This document shows positions 1 through 12,508 of a DNA stretch of 64,000 nt, piece by piece. The notes under the pieces are model-generated. The model was given only the letters and a program-made list of their open reading frames with translations. It was not told the origin of the DNA and did no database searches. Both the position numbers and the translations under genes were made by a program. Each line of letters begins with the position of its first letter. Position 1 is the first letter of the stretch. Source of the stretch: Podospora anserina (lineage: Eukaryota); assembly GCA_017654855.1 (NCBI GenBank), contig CM030338.1, positions 1,798,001 to 1,862,000 on the forward strand, given 5' to 3'.

Positions 1-1424
1 CATCCTTGAGCATCTGAATGAACATGGGCAACAGATGATCAATGGTTCTGTATGCTGATTAGCGAGTGCGTCCTGAGACCAATCACGACTGACGTACTCT
101 TGCTTCCCGAGGATGGGCGCGAGGCCACTGATTTGTGTACCAAGAGCGGCACGGACATGTTGAGAGGTATCGTTGACAAGTGTCTCGATTGTTTCCAAGA
201 CCTCACTCAGCACAAGCTCTCTGGGTATCAGGGTGCAGAAGCCCGGAATCTGGCCTGCTATGGCTGTCCGCACCTCAGCCTCGTGGTCCTTGAGCAGCTT
301 CACAAAAGCAGGGACCATGTCTCTGGTCAGAACTTCCTCATCCACAGCTTTGGCAATCTGTGGTCTAGTTAGCCATGCTCCCGTGAACGTCGAACAAGGT
401 CATACACACCTTTTCGAACCTGTCTGCAACCATGTACCGAACTCTCCAGCTCTTGTCCTCAATCAAGCTACGAAGCGAGCTCAGAAGAACGCCATGGCTG
501 GCTTGCTGCTCCTTGGGAACACTCTCGGCGATGGCACCCAGGATCTCAACCGTAAGGAGTCTGACGCTGTCTTGATCGTCCGTCACAAGGTGCTGAAACT
601 GAGGGATCATTTCTGAGATGACGAGTGGGGGAGCAATCTCCTTTACAAACTTGGCCATATTAGTGGCAGCCTGGCGGCGCACCATGGGTGTTTCGTCGTG
701 GACAAGCTGTGAGAAGGCTTGACGGAGCTGTAGCTTTGTTTCTTCGCTGACCTTGGCGTAAGGAGACGCGTACAGACCGCACGCTGAGACTTTGGAAGTG
801 AACCAATCCGCCTTAGAGAGTCTGAACACCAGCGGAATGAAATACTCCTCGATTTGGTGCGCATCAAGATCAACGCAGATCTTGTTCAGCGACTCGACAG
901 CCTAGAGACAGCAGAAGTCAGTCCATATCCCTTGCGATCCTGGAAAGCGGCATCGGAATCGCCTACCTTGTCCCTCACAACGGGCTCTTCTATGGCAGCA
1001 AGGTTCTCAAGGGGAGACAGCAGAACGTGACCCCACTCCGGACCGCCGACATAGTCGATAAACTTTCCCAGCTCGCCGCTGAGGGCCACAAGAACCTCAT
1101 CTTCGTCTTCGACACTTTCTGCAGCAAGAAGCAGGTTAGTGTTTCGTCCATCTACCAAGAAGAGTGCACCAAACGGGATGGGGCTGGCTGACCGTCGAGA
1201 AAGGGGATGAGCTCGTCGCGAGTGCGCTCAGGGCCCAACGCAAGAGCAATGGTCGAGAGTCGGTGAATCGCGTTGAGGCGAAGCAGGACATCGTCGTGCT
1301 GGGAGAAAAAGTTAACCAACAAAAGGCCACAAGACTGGGAGCTTTGTCACCGCCATACCTTCAATTCATCGATCAAGACGGCGATGGGATAGAGCTCATC
1401 GCTGGGGTTGGTTGCATCAGCCAT
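1..1424 (-). CDS. TPD3: Protein phosphatase 2A scaffold (A) subunit, HEAT repeats; 5' part only, runs off the left edge; multi-exon
   Basis: ATG at 1424 gives [22 protein letters not shown] then a GTATGG donor; later exons encode [54 protein letters not shown] and [11 protein letters not shown], all typical PP2A-A motifs. Confidence 0.96.
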
Positions 1425-2515
1425 GGTGGGCGGCTGTTGTGGGGGTATCGAGTGGTTGAAAGAAGCGCGGAATATGCCAAGAGTCGGGGGTGATTATGTT
1501 TATCTTGGTGGTATGTTTGTTTGTGCTGGTGAGGAATCCGGGCCGTGGTTTGGGCAGGGCGCTGGGTAAGGCGGCCGGGATCGCGTGTGGTGTGGAAAGT
1601 GATGCAATGGGTAATCTGAAGAGTGGGAGGGAGTTGCCGACCGGGGCGCTACAAGTAATGCAGCCCACCTGAGAGAGAGCTGTCTGCGGTGTGGTCTGGT
1701 CTCTGTTTCCCCGGGGTTGGGTGTCAATGTCGATGCTGGAATTAGGCAAGCGCGCCGGCGACCGTACAGCAGCACACTGGAGTGGAATGCAACAAGATAT
1801 GGGAGGACGCCGGGCAGTTTGTTGAATGTTTATTCCCAAAGTGATGTTGGATGGGATGGTTGTCAGAGGGTGGGCGGCGAGGGGACTGTCAAGGCGAGAG
1901 CTCTCCAGCGACCAGGAGCCAGGAGCGCGGCCTAACAAATCCAGGCTGGTCACGGCCCAGGTGGTCAGTGCGTCGGTCCCAGGCTGACAGCCTCCCCCGT
2001 GCTCCCCTCCTTTTTTGACAGCCAGTGCGGGACAGCTGAAGAAGCAACGACAAGGGTGGCCAGCATCAACGACATGTGTTGCGACTTCACTTTGTACCCT
2101 CTTGTCTGCTTCAAGTAACAACTCTCTCTCATCTTTCCATCTATGGAGATATCGATGCAGACCGTGATACATCATATTATATCCCCACCCATACGGAGGA
2201 CCAGCAAACAGCCCATGACCTCACTGCAGACCACCCAGTTATGCAGATACTTCATTTATACTTCTTCAGCACTAGCTCCCAGGGACTAATCTTCAACGAC
2301 AATTGTCTTTTGAATTCGGCTTAACGTGTCATTCTTCCGCTGAATAAACAACCAGCTAGGAATGCACCTGCTCATGTTGTAACCAAAGTCTGCTCGTAAG
2401 AGGAGTGTAGGTATGTATGCCTGGCTTAAAATAAACGCTCATCCTCAAAGATACAGGCCTCCCAAAAACATGCTTCCCTAAAAAACAGCCTTCAGCAAGA
2501 GCTCCACAAGAATTC

Positions 2516-5027
2516 CTAGCTCATGCTCTTCAACTCTTGTTCTACTGCAGCCGCACTTGCAACCGTCTCCACGTCGTCTGCATCCTGTCTCCCTGCGCTG
2601 GAACTGTTTGCGTGCCCCCCAAACACACCCTTAGCGATAGCCAAACCAGAAATCTTATCTTGTAAAGCCCCGAGTGCAGCCGGCATTCCTCCAGTGCTAG
2701 CGCTTTTATTTAGCGATGGCGGCGATACTTTTGCTTCAGGTGTGAGAGCAGCATGTGCTGTTTCGACACCCGTTAGCACCGACTGGCTAGAGGTAAGGGC
2801 TGGAGGTTGCGGTGACGGGCTCGTCGAGACCATTGACGCCGACTCGGAAGGAATACCCGAGCTCTCAGAGAACCCCGTAGAGGCTTGGTAAGCTGCCACC
2901 CTTTCTGCTGTGGCAGCAGAGGCGTTGAGCTCCCCGTTCATTTCATCATCGGTTCTGTTAAAAACTTGATGCCACCACCTCACCTCGCCCAGTTTGGGGA
3001 AAATGAGCCGCTCTCGTCCCTTTGTGTGGTCGTCAATGGTTGGTTCATATCGGTCATTCGTGAACTCCGGTCGCCTGCTCAAAAAGTAGCCCCAGACACT
3101 CCGAGTACGTTCCCGCAGATTGGCCTCGTGGCGTTGTCGCTCATTGTTGTATAAGAAGGTACCATATTGACACGAGTAAACATGGTATAGCAGTCGTCGA
3201 AGGAACCGTTCGTTGAACTCAAATCTGTTAGGATGCTGGCGGAGAAGTTGATAGGTGGCATCAAGGAACTGGTGGAAGACAGGCGAGACATCTCTCAACC
3301 TCGTCGTCTGCTCCTCGGCAGCATTTGGGGCTGTGGCTTGTTTGACCTCGTCGACTGCGGCACCCTCCTCCTGGTCTGATCCCGCCTCCTTGTCATTGGT
3401 GACATTCTTGGACCAGAATCTCTTCGCGCTGGCCATGACATTCTCGACAACATCTCCACGGCCATCATTTTCACCTGGGCGCACTGCAGAGCCCGCAAGC
3501 GCATCACTGTCGACTGTGAACCAACTCTCATGGCTCATGTGTCCAGACCGCAACTGAAACATGTGGCCAAACGAAAGCCAATCTTTCTCAACCAGCACAA
3601 TGAAGCCCTCCAAAGTGCGGTAATAGGGATCAAGCATTAGCTGAGACAGGGCGCAAAGCTGGCTTGTCCGATCCCAGCCATCCGAGCAGTGAATAAGGGC
3701 ATGCGAATGCTGAATCCCGACTTGCCGCGCTATTATCGCCGATCCATCCAAGATTCCAGCGATATGCTTCAACCACTTGCTCTTCATCAGAAGATCTCTG
3801 TTTGGAGGAAAGGGAGAAATATCGGCATCCTTGATTGCGCTGATGACCTTGTCGAGCGAGTCCCTCATGACATGAATATTGTCTATATTTAAAAAGACCT
3901 TCTTCGCATATTTGTAGTAGTCCATGTTCTCCGACCCCATACCTATAGCCTGCATGGCATACGAGTTGATGGCAGGCCGCGCATCCACAATAAGGTTATG
4001 CTGCTGGGCACCATATATTAGACGCTTCCCGGTCTTCTCGTCGTACATCACGTTGGGCGCGGCAATGAGCTCGTCCTCCATTCTCTCTGTGTCGGAAAGA
4101 GACATATCAGTGGGAGCATCGGGACTATCCGCACTGAGATCCACATGGCTTGACGATGGGCTATGGTCTGCCTGTATGCTTGCATTTGCAGGAGATGGCG
4201 AGTTGCCATCCAGAAAGTCTGTCGAAGCTGAAAAGCATGCGCCAACGAGTTTCTCGTCCTGGATGCTCCGCTTCATCCTGAGCCCCACAAAGGGCTGTGA
4301 GCTGCGGGTGATAGTGCAGTTGTTGACGGGATGAATATATGTCAAAGTAGGGATCCGGGCCCGAGACCGAAAGTTGGCGGCATATTTCAGCGTATTATCC
4401 GAAATCTTTGAAGGCACGGCGAGAACGGCCGGATACGTCGGGGAGAAGGCATAGTCCTTATTGATGTTCGTAATCCTCCAGCCCAAGTCTGCTGACTTTT
4501 CACTGATCCCTTGTCGCCTAAACTCGGCCCTCGCATCGTACAGGTCCCATCCGTTGATCTTGGATTCGAGAGAGTTGGAGGGCGGGGAGTAGTTGAATGC
4601 TAAGAGCTTATCAACGCTCCCCAGCCTGCAGGTCTTTGCGCGGATGAACTCGAAGGCATCCCGGGCCTGCTTGTCGTCTGTGAAGTTGAAACTGACAAAG
4701 GTAAAATCCCTGAAACGAAGCCGTAGCGATGAAGGGATACCGCTCGATGGGGGCGTTGGTCGCAAAGCGCAGTGGGATATGATGTGAAATGCGAACCATA
4801 CTTGTTTCGTGTGTTTTTTCGCTTTTGGATCCGGAGCTGCCGCTGATTCTGGAGGGAAACGAAAGACGAGATGGTAGTCAGTCAGAGCCAGGTCGCCCTG
4901 TTCTGGCTTTCCGCCTCGAAGTGCTTGCACATTGCTATAGTACTAAGGTGTCATTGGAGTTTAGCAGCAGCTCGGGAGAAAATGCAGCTTCGAAACCACA
5001 TACGTGCTTGTGCTGCGGCGCCGCCAT
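2516..5027 (-). CDS. YMR1: Myotubularin-family phosphoinositide 3-phosphatase
   Basis: Catalytic HCSDGWDRT, plus RSSQP, EKDWLSFGHMF and SPVFHQFLD; short first exon MAAPQHKH (ATG 5027, GTATGT donor) splices into the 804-aa ORF. Confidence 0.95.
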
Positions 5028-5726
5028 GGTGAATATGGGGACAAGGCCGCCCCAATGTCACGACGAGAGAAAACAGGAGTCGTCGCCCGTCACGCAGGCA
5101 ATCGCGAAGTCGAGCTCAACAATCAGGGGCCGTCAATCGATGGAGGAAGACAAGAGCCGAGATGCCTTGACACTTGACAGGGTGACGACGTGTGGGGTAT
5201 CACTTTGTAAGTGGAAATCGAGCTTCATCCGCAGAAGGTGTAGCCAGAAGACTCTATAAATCAGTATACCAGCCGAACAGAACCATGGCAGGTTTAGACT
5301 TTGGCTTTTTCAAAGTGTTGCGCAAGCCGCCGTTATGAGTGTAGGCTTGGAGGAATCACAAGACCGAGTACCACCAGCCTGCACCTGCTGTCGGCCACTG
5401 GGCATCACTGCACCACTGGCGCTTGACGTCGACGGTTCTCCCACTAAGAAGCACAGACCTCGCAGCTGACAGTTTGTTCGAGGTTGAATTTGATAGGTGC
5501 ACGCCTCACCCAAGTGGCCGCACCCCCAAAATCAAGGCCCGTCCTCATTGGCGCAGGCAAACCCTACTCCACTTTTGTACACCCGGAGCCCACCAAGATT
5601 CAAAAAAGCAGTGTGCAGGTCGAATTTCCCCTCTGAGAAAAGTTTGGTGAACACCGCGATCAGGCCTACCCTCAACCTCCAGCAACCACCGAAATCCCGT
5701 AGGTCGCTCAGTACCAAACCGACATC

Positions 5727-6704
5727 ATGGCTGTTCCCGGCACTCAGATGTAAGTCGAGAGAATTCCCGTCGTTTGAACCATCTTCAATTCGGCCATATT
5801 CGACGGCAGAGAGAGAGAGAGGGAGAGAGTCTGGAGGAGGGGAATCTGGAGATGGACGGCTTTCTGAAAACTCTCGAGGAGGCTTCATGGGCAAAGCTCA
5901 AAAATTGGGAACAATGGCTGACTTGTCTGTGTCTGCAGCTCCAAGCGGAGAAAGTTCGTCGCTGACGGTGTCTTCTACGCCGAGTTGAACGAGTTCTTCC
6001 AGCGCGAGTTGGCCGAGGAGGGCTACTCCGGCGTCGAGGTCCGCGTCACTCCCACCGTTACCGACATCATCATCCGCGCCACCCACACCCAGGAGGTTCT
6101 CGGTGAGCAGGGTCGCCGCATCCGCGAGCTCACCTCCCTCATCCAGAAGCGCTTCAAGTTCCCCGAGAACTCGGTCTCCCTCTACGCCGCCAAGGTCCAG
6201 AACCGTGGTCTCTCCGCCGTCGCTCAGTGCGAGTCCCTCCGCTACAAGCTCCTCAACGGTCTTGCCGTTCGCCGTGCTTGCTATGGTGTCCTCCGCTTCA
6301 TCATGGAGTCCGGCGCCAAGGGCTGCGAGGTCGTCGTTTCCGGCAAGCTCCGCGCTGCTCGCGCCAAGTCCATGAAGTTCACGGACGGCTTCATGATCCA
6401 CTCCGGTCAGCCCGCTAAGGACTTCATCGACAGCGCCACCCGCCACGTTCTCCTCCGCCAGGGTGTCCTTGGTATCAAGGTCAAGATCATGCGCGGCTCT
6501 GACCCCGAGGGCAAGGCCGGCCCCCAGAAGTCTCTCCCCGACGCCGTCACCATCATTGACCCCAAGGAGGAGACCCCCGTCGTTCAGCCTATGAGCCAGG
6601 ACTACGGTGCTAAGGCCGCCGCTGCCCAGGCTGCTGCTGAGGCTGCCCGCCAGGAGGAGCAGGCTGGTGCTGAGGAGGAGGCTGCCCCTGCCGCTGAGCA
6701 ATAG
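5727..6704 (+). CDS. RPS3: 40S ribosomal protein S3 (uS3)
   Basis: Exon 1 5727-5749, intron 5750-5938 (GTAAGT..CAG), then [40 protein letters not shown]; strong high-expression codon bias; TAG at 6702-6704. Confidence 0.98.
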
Positions 6705-7488
6705 GATGCTCGCGGTAGAGGTGCTGGACAATCTCCCAAGATACCCCAGTCCTACGTCGATCTGGGTGCTGAGCCTGCGCCCAACAACAGCGATGACTGG
6801 TAAATCGGAAAGGGGAGCGTTGTGGCAGGGATGAGGAGATCTTTCTTTTGGGCGCGCCACACGCTCATCGGTATGGTTGCAGGAATGGGTTTACGGCGTC
6901 AACTTTGAGCATATTGCATTGAGTCTGCAAAAGGGAAAACGGATGGGTTGTTGCTTTATGGAGGGGTGGCTTTGTAACTATCTACAGAACCCATGGACAA
7001 GGGCAGCAACGTCAAGATGATCCTGATAACACACCGGGAATAGACCTCCTGAACAAAGTGAACGGGCTCTCTTGTGTGACATGCCGGTGGTGAAGGGCGC
7101 CAGATGTATTTTGTTTTAACAATGTGATACCACTTGTTTTCTTTGCCTCGATGATATCTGGGTGGTTGGCTCTGGACGTTGGTACAACTAAACCAACCAC
7201 ACGACTATTTTCCATTCCCACCAACCCCTTTTTTGCCAGCCAGCTTTGGCTGGCGATTTTCTAGAGAATAATATATGCAATGATATCATAGCATATAGGA
7301 AGCTTCAATCTGGTGCGACAAAGACAATATTCTCGACACATCACATACCAGAACACCACACTGTAGGCCACCACCCTTTTATCCCCGCCCTCTATACCGA
7401 TAGCATGGCATGGTATATATTGCACCTGAAGATATCCATCAGCAGTTAACAGTCAACTTTCACACAACCAGAAAAAACCCAAGGGAGC

Positions 7489-7489
<1 letters not shown>

Positions 7490-7524
<35 letters not shown>
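7490..7524 (+). repeat. Poly(A) homopolymer, about 35 nt
   Basis: Direct read; lies between the convergent 3' ends of RPS3 and the NIPA gene. Confidence 0.9.
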
Positions 7525-7527
<3 letters not shown>

Positions 7528-7867
7528 GATCAAAAAGCTTTGTTGTTAAAACATTGAATAACCCACCCAACCTCCCGGTAGTCCACCCATTGAACAAAGA
7601 TATCCATTAACACAATATTTCCCATTGATTTATGCACCCTCAAACGCCATTTTGTGACGCCCCCCTTTCCCCTCTCCCGCCCCCAAGAAGAAAAAGCCAC
7701 CATATATATATCTCTCTCTCTTTAAAGATCCAATGAATGCCACAAGAGACAACTGTGTGATAATAGTAGCAGCAAACCATGTAGTAAATACATCCCAAAG
7801 AAAAACCAAAGAAAAACCAAAGAAAAAGCAAATCTCACCCCCCCCCCTCCAACCCCCATCATCATCA

Positions 7868-9591
7868 TCATCTATCCCCCGACTTCCTACTCTGCAGCTC
7901 TATTGACTCGTTATACGCATTCCCCGCCGTCAAATGCGTCCCGTGACTCCCACTCCCGCCGTTTGGTCTCCCATTCGTTTGCTGTTGGGAAAAACTCGAA
8001 ATCATGGGAGAGCGCGGGTCCACGTCGTCGTCTGTGTCGTCTGCCAAGTCGTGAAGACCAAGCCCGGCCTCTTCGTCGTAGGCCCGGATGAGACCGTCAC
8101 GATCACCGCCCGTGCGGCTGCCGACGCTCATCCGGTGGGATTGGGAGCGGCGGGCTTCCATGCTCATTCTTGTCTGGATGCTAGAAATCATGTCGGTTCC
8201 CGTCGAGTCGCCGCCGCTTCTGCGGGCCAACGTCTTGGTGCCTGAGGGGTCGGTTCGGCTGAGGTTGAGGAGGTAGACGCCCGTGAATGTGACGAGGAAA
8301 CCGCAGAGGAGGGAGAGGGTGTTGACTGTGTCGGTTGTGTTGAAACCTTGAAAGAGGATGAAGGAGGCAATAAGAGTTGCCGTCGTGAAAGTGACATAGT
8401 AGAGGGGGTTAACACTAGTCAATGTTAGCGATAGGCCCAAGACTGCCGCATGACTGGCGAGGCTTACATGTTGGTAGGGAACTGGCTCAGAGCCTTGTTA
8501 AAGTAGTTCATCTGGGTAAGGATACAAACCACAGTAATGATCATAAAGACATAAGTCGACGGGTGGCTGAACTGGTTGTGCCCCGCAAAGGTCAACTTGA
8601 GGGCAATGCCAAACGCCTTGACGGCCATGACCGAGATGGATCCAACAGTCGAGCAAATGCTCAGGTAGACAAGAGGATTCTTCTTGCCGTGGATCGGCCC
8701 AACCTTGTAGATCATAATCGTCGCGAAAATGCAGACGAACAGCGAGTAGAACAAGAAGCCTATACCTGGTCAGCCACATCTTCCTGGAGCATGTCCCGGC
8801 AGCCAATGTTGGTTCATACCTGGCTGAATCGCATATTCGAGAATCTGGTCAATAGTCTGAATATCCTCGTCAGGGGACGCATGCAGCACAATAATGACAG
8901 CTCCGATCAGACAGAGGGCGCTCCCCAGCTTGCCCAACGTCCCCAACTCCTCATTGAGCACGTATGACCCCACCACAGCTCCCACTAACACCGACAACGC
9001 TCCAAGAGGGGTGACGAGGATGGCCGGCGCAAAAGCGTAAGCTGCAAAGTTGAAGATTTCGCCCAAAACCACTGTATGCTTCGTCAGCGCGCGCAGTTCC
9101 CTCGAGATCCAGGGAGGAAAATGTCCATACAGCAAACAATGCCTGCCCACCACATTGGGTTCTTCAAGTAAACGAACCCATCCCCTTCAAACCCATGCCT
9201 TTCTTCTGCTTGCATCAATCCCTATAACAGCCGCTCACCAGGTCAGCATTCTTCCTTTCGTCCCGTATGGCGTGGCCTGTGGGCATGTGCTTGGTGTGTA
9301 ACATAAGGGGGCTGGCTGTTCGAGCTGGGAGGCCGTACCTTTTTGGTGATGACGAAGCTGATACCTGTCCACGACCAGAGTTAGCCCCAATCGCTCTCCC
9401 GGGTCCTCGAGATCAGTGAATATGCGCAGACCTATTGCTAAACTCGAGCTCATGGCCAAGGCCAGGCCGATATATCTAAAAGACAGAAAACCACAGCGTC
9501 AGTTGCGATGCGCCACCAGGGCTGAGCCCCCAAGACCTGCAAAACAGGCTGCAAAGAAAAGGGCAGCAGCATACTTCTCCTCCAGCATCAT
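7868..9591 (-). CDS. NIPA-family (DUF803) Mg2+ transporter, multi-exon
   Basis: Exons encode IGLALAMSSSLAIG, GEIFNFAAYAFAPAILVTPLGALSVL, YLSICSTVGSISVMAVKAFGIA and QMNYFNKAL..VNPLYYVTFTT; start (M)MLEE followed by GTATGC donor, ATG at 9591 or 9588. Confidence 0.93.
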
Positions 9592-9659
9592 CTTGAAAGC
9601 AATACAAAGAAAACGAGCGCGACGGCAGCAACGAGAACGCGCTGCCTGTGTTCTTGTTC

Positions 9660-9707
<48 letters not shown>
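9660..9707. repeat. (TTG)16 microsatellite, read as (CAA)n in the NIPA 5' leader
   Basis: Direct read. Confidence 0.92.
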
Positions 9708-9708
<1 letters not shown>

Positions 9709-12508
9709 GGCGGTGGTGGTTGCTGCGAACCGGAGCCGGAGCTACACTGTCGAGGTTTCTAGGAGGGGCAAGCAAGCAGCCGCTCTCTCTCGCGCCGGGC
9801 GAGGGTCTGCAAAAAAAAAAAAGCGAAAGAAAGAAGAACAAGAAGAATATCAAGCTTTTGGCCGTCTGCTATGCATTCGGTATATCTTTTCCAATACTAA
9901 TTGAGAGCTTGGAGCGCAATCCGTTTTCCGTGTAATGTTTTTTTCCCTGCTCGGTCGAAAGTATGCAGCGGTTTTCGTCTCGTCTGATGAGGACACAGGT
10001 GGCTCGTGGGTGCGCTCGAGGCTCGGCGGCGGCGGCGGGTGGAGGAGGGCCGTAATAGTTAAGCAAGCGTTACCTAGGGTTGGATATGCGCTGGGGCTGC
10101 TTGGGTTCGTGTTGTTGCCGTCTGTGGTGTTTCCCCAGTGATATCGCTGACCCAAGAGAATTTGTCCAGACACCAGATCAGAGTTCCGTTTGTGTGGTGT
10201 GTGTTTACTTGGTAGCGCAAACGAATGTGTTCTGATAGAGCATGGAGAGAAGTGTTGCTGATAAGTTTCATTCGAGGCCCCCTGCTGCGGTGGTGTCGAG
10301 CAGCAAAGTCTGGGGACGGGCTGGTTTCAAGAAACCTCAACCAACCCCTGCTCGAGAAATTCTGGACCCCTGGGGCCTGCACGCCTGACAGGGTCACGAC
10401 ACACAGTGCGCTGTGGCTGTTTTTGGTTGTGGTTGGCCTGCTGAAGTTTGGGTCGAGGGCGGCTCACCATGGACGGGACAAGAGAGGACACGAGGCGGCC
10501 GCGCCACACACGAGCAGTTCTCCCATCCTTTCAACGCTCTTTTCCTATCAACTCTAATTTGAGGCTTGAAGATTGAAGAAAATCCTAGATTAGAACGTAG
10601 CTTCCTATCTCGATATGTCCCCCTACCAAACTACCAATCACCTGCCACCAGTACCAAGACCCAAGTACGCCCCTTCATCTCAGGGTTCTCTTCAACAAAA
10701 AAACTATAAATTGTCCCCCTTCCCCCCATCCCCCGCAGAGCTTGCAAGTTATTACAGCGTCGTCAGCAGCTGGAAATGAACCCACCAGTGTCCCTCGGCT
10801 CATGGAATCCCAGCAATATCACGCCGTTGAAATCCACATGCCTGCAGACGTCTAAATACGTAACTGCCCTCAAAGTCCGTCCTACACATACAACCCCATC
10901 TACAATGTAGATCTCTCTCCCGCCAGATCTCAGGGATTCGCGATGCCCACATGGGATGACATCGAACCAGACAAAGAAACAGACAGACCTGAGAACTCGG
11001 GACGCACAGGCCAAGGTACCAAACACCCAAACTCCCCTCACATCAACCCCCTCCCCTGAAGTTTGCAGATCCCCGTACTCTGTACCTACATAACGTAAGC
11101 TTTCCATTGTAGAGTGCAACAACAAGGTCAGCTTTCTGGAAGAGTTTATCCATCTTACTCTGTCCATTACTGTAGGACATGCCCATGCAATTTACATAGG
11201 ATGTTATTAGCGAAGCAATCACACCTCAAATAATACAGGTTTCACAACAAAATCCGTAGCATCTTCAAATACCACATCTGCTCATCATAGCTCACGTCTG
11301 TGCGATCAAACCAGGTAAGCTCCTGTAACTCTCCCAAGAGTCACAGCCAAGCTCCCTCTACTCATGTACCTAACATGTTCCAGCACTTCCGAACCCTGAA
11401 AATCGTGGCAGTGCAAACAAAAAAACTGGGTACCTCAATCAGCTTATTCGTCTTGGGTTTTCCCTTCGAAGTACCTCGACGTCCGCCCTTCCCGGTCCCA
11501 GACTGCTGGTGCCTTTTTCTCTTCACCTCTCTTTACAATAATTCGGGCAATTCTTCTCAATTCGTACATTGCTACACAACACCCCATCAACACTCTCCTC
11601 TCCCCCTATCTCTCAGGATCAAGTCAACAATCTGGACTCAGGGCAAAGCTTCCTATAATCGTCAAAAGAAGGTCGAAAATCAGAAGTGACAAAAAGCCAA
11701 AAGGGTGACAGTGAGAACTGAGAAAGAAAAAAAAGAAGAGATCCCCAGTGCCCACCCTTCTTTCCCTTCCACCACTCTGAAATCCATCTTACTTTTGTCA
11801 AAAACCAGAAAACCCCCCACCCATCCTCCAAACCGTCATCCCCCAAGTGACTCTCAACTAGCTACGTCGACTACCGAACTCAGCTAGATAGCCCCTTGCC
11901 GTGAGAAGCTGGGTCTATCTCTGAAACTAACAGACCCCCAGTTGAGATGGACGAGAAAGAAAAAAAAACCCGAAGCCTGCCTCCAATGATTGATTCCAAA
12001 AGCCAACGCCATGACAAGCCTGCTGAAAAGCCAGCTCCAGCCGTTGATAAGCCCCCCTGGCCCATCCCATCCCCAGCCAATGCAGAAATTTTGCCCATCC
12101 ATGGTAGTGTTACAGATAAATGCTGGGTATAAAATTGCAATGCTGTGGCCTGCATGCGGTAACGTCGATTCAGCCCAAGGCTGAAAGTTGTTTGATTAAT
12201 GATATTGCGTTGCTGCGCAAGTAATGAGTGACCGTGCTGGCCCACGCAGATGCAAAAAGATCGCAAAAATGATGAAATTTCGGCAGAACTTCGCAATCGT
12301 GATACCGTCGTCATCCTCTTCGATGTGTTGCCGAAAACTTACCTGGGCATTTCACAATACGAGCTGTCGATGATTGGCCGAAATGAGTACCTTCGAAAAC
12401 AAAAACGGGACGGGGTCAGAACCTTTTCCTTCGAAGAAAGATGTCGCGGCTGAACTACAACCGTATCTCAGAGATATGGGCAAGAAAAACCTGTACAGAG
12501 CCCGCCGA

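Noticed and set aside
1417-2324. ORFs upstream of the PP2A-A gene
   Set aside because: Low-complexity leader/promoter sequence with no domain or coding signature
5898-6860. Long antisense ORFs over RPS3 (also over CPY 39370-40446, LCB2 54773-56350 and RPS18)
   Set aside because: Shadow ORFs expected from strong codon bias on the sense strand; no recognisable motifs
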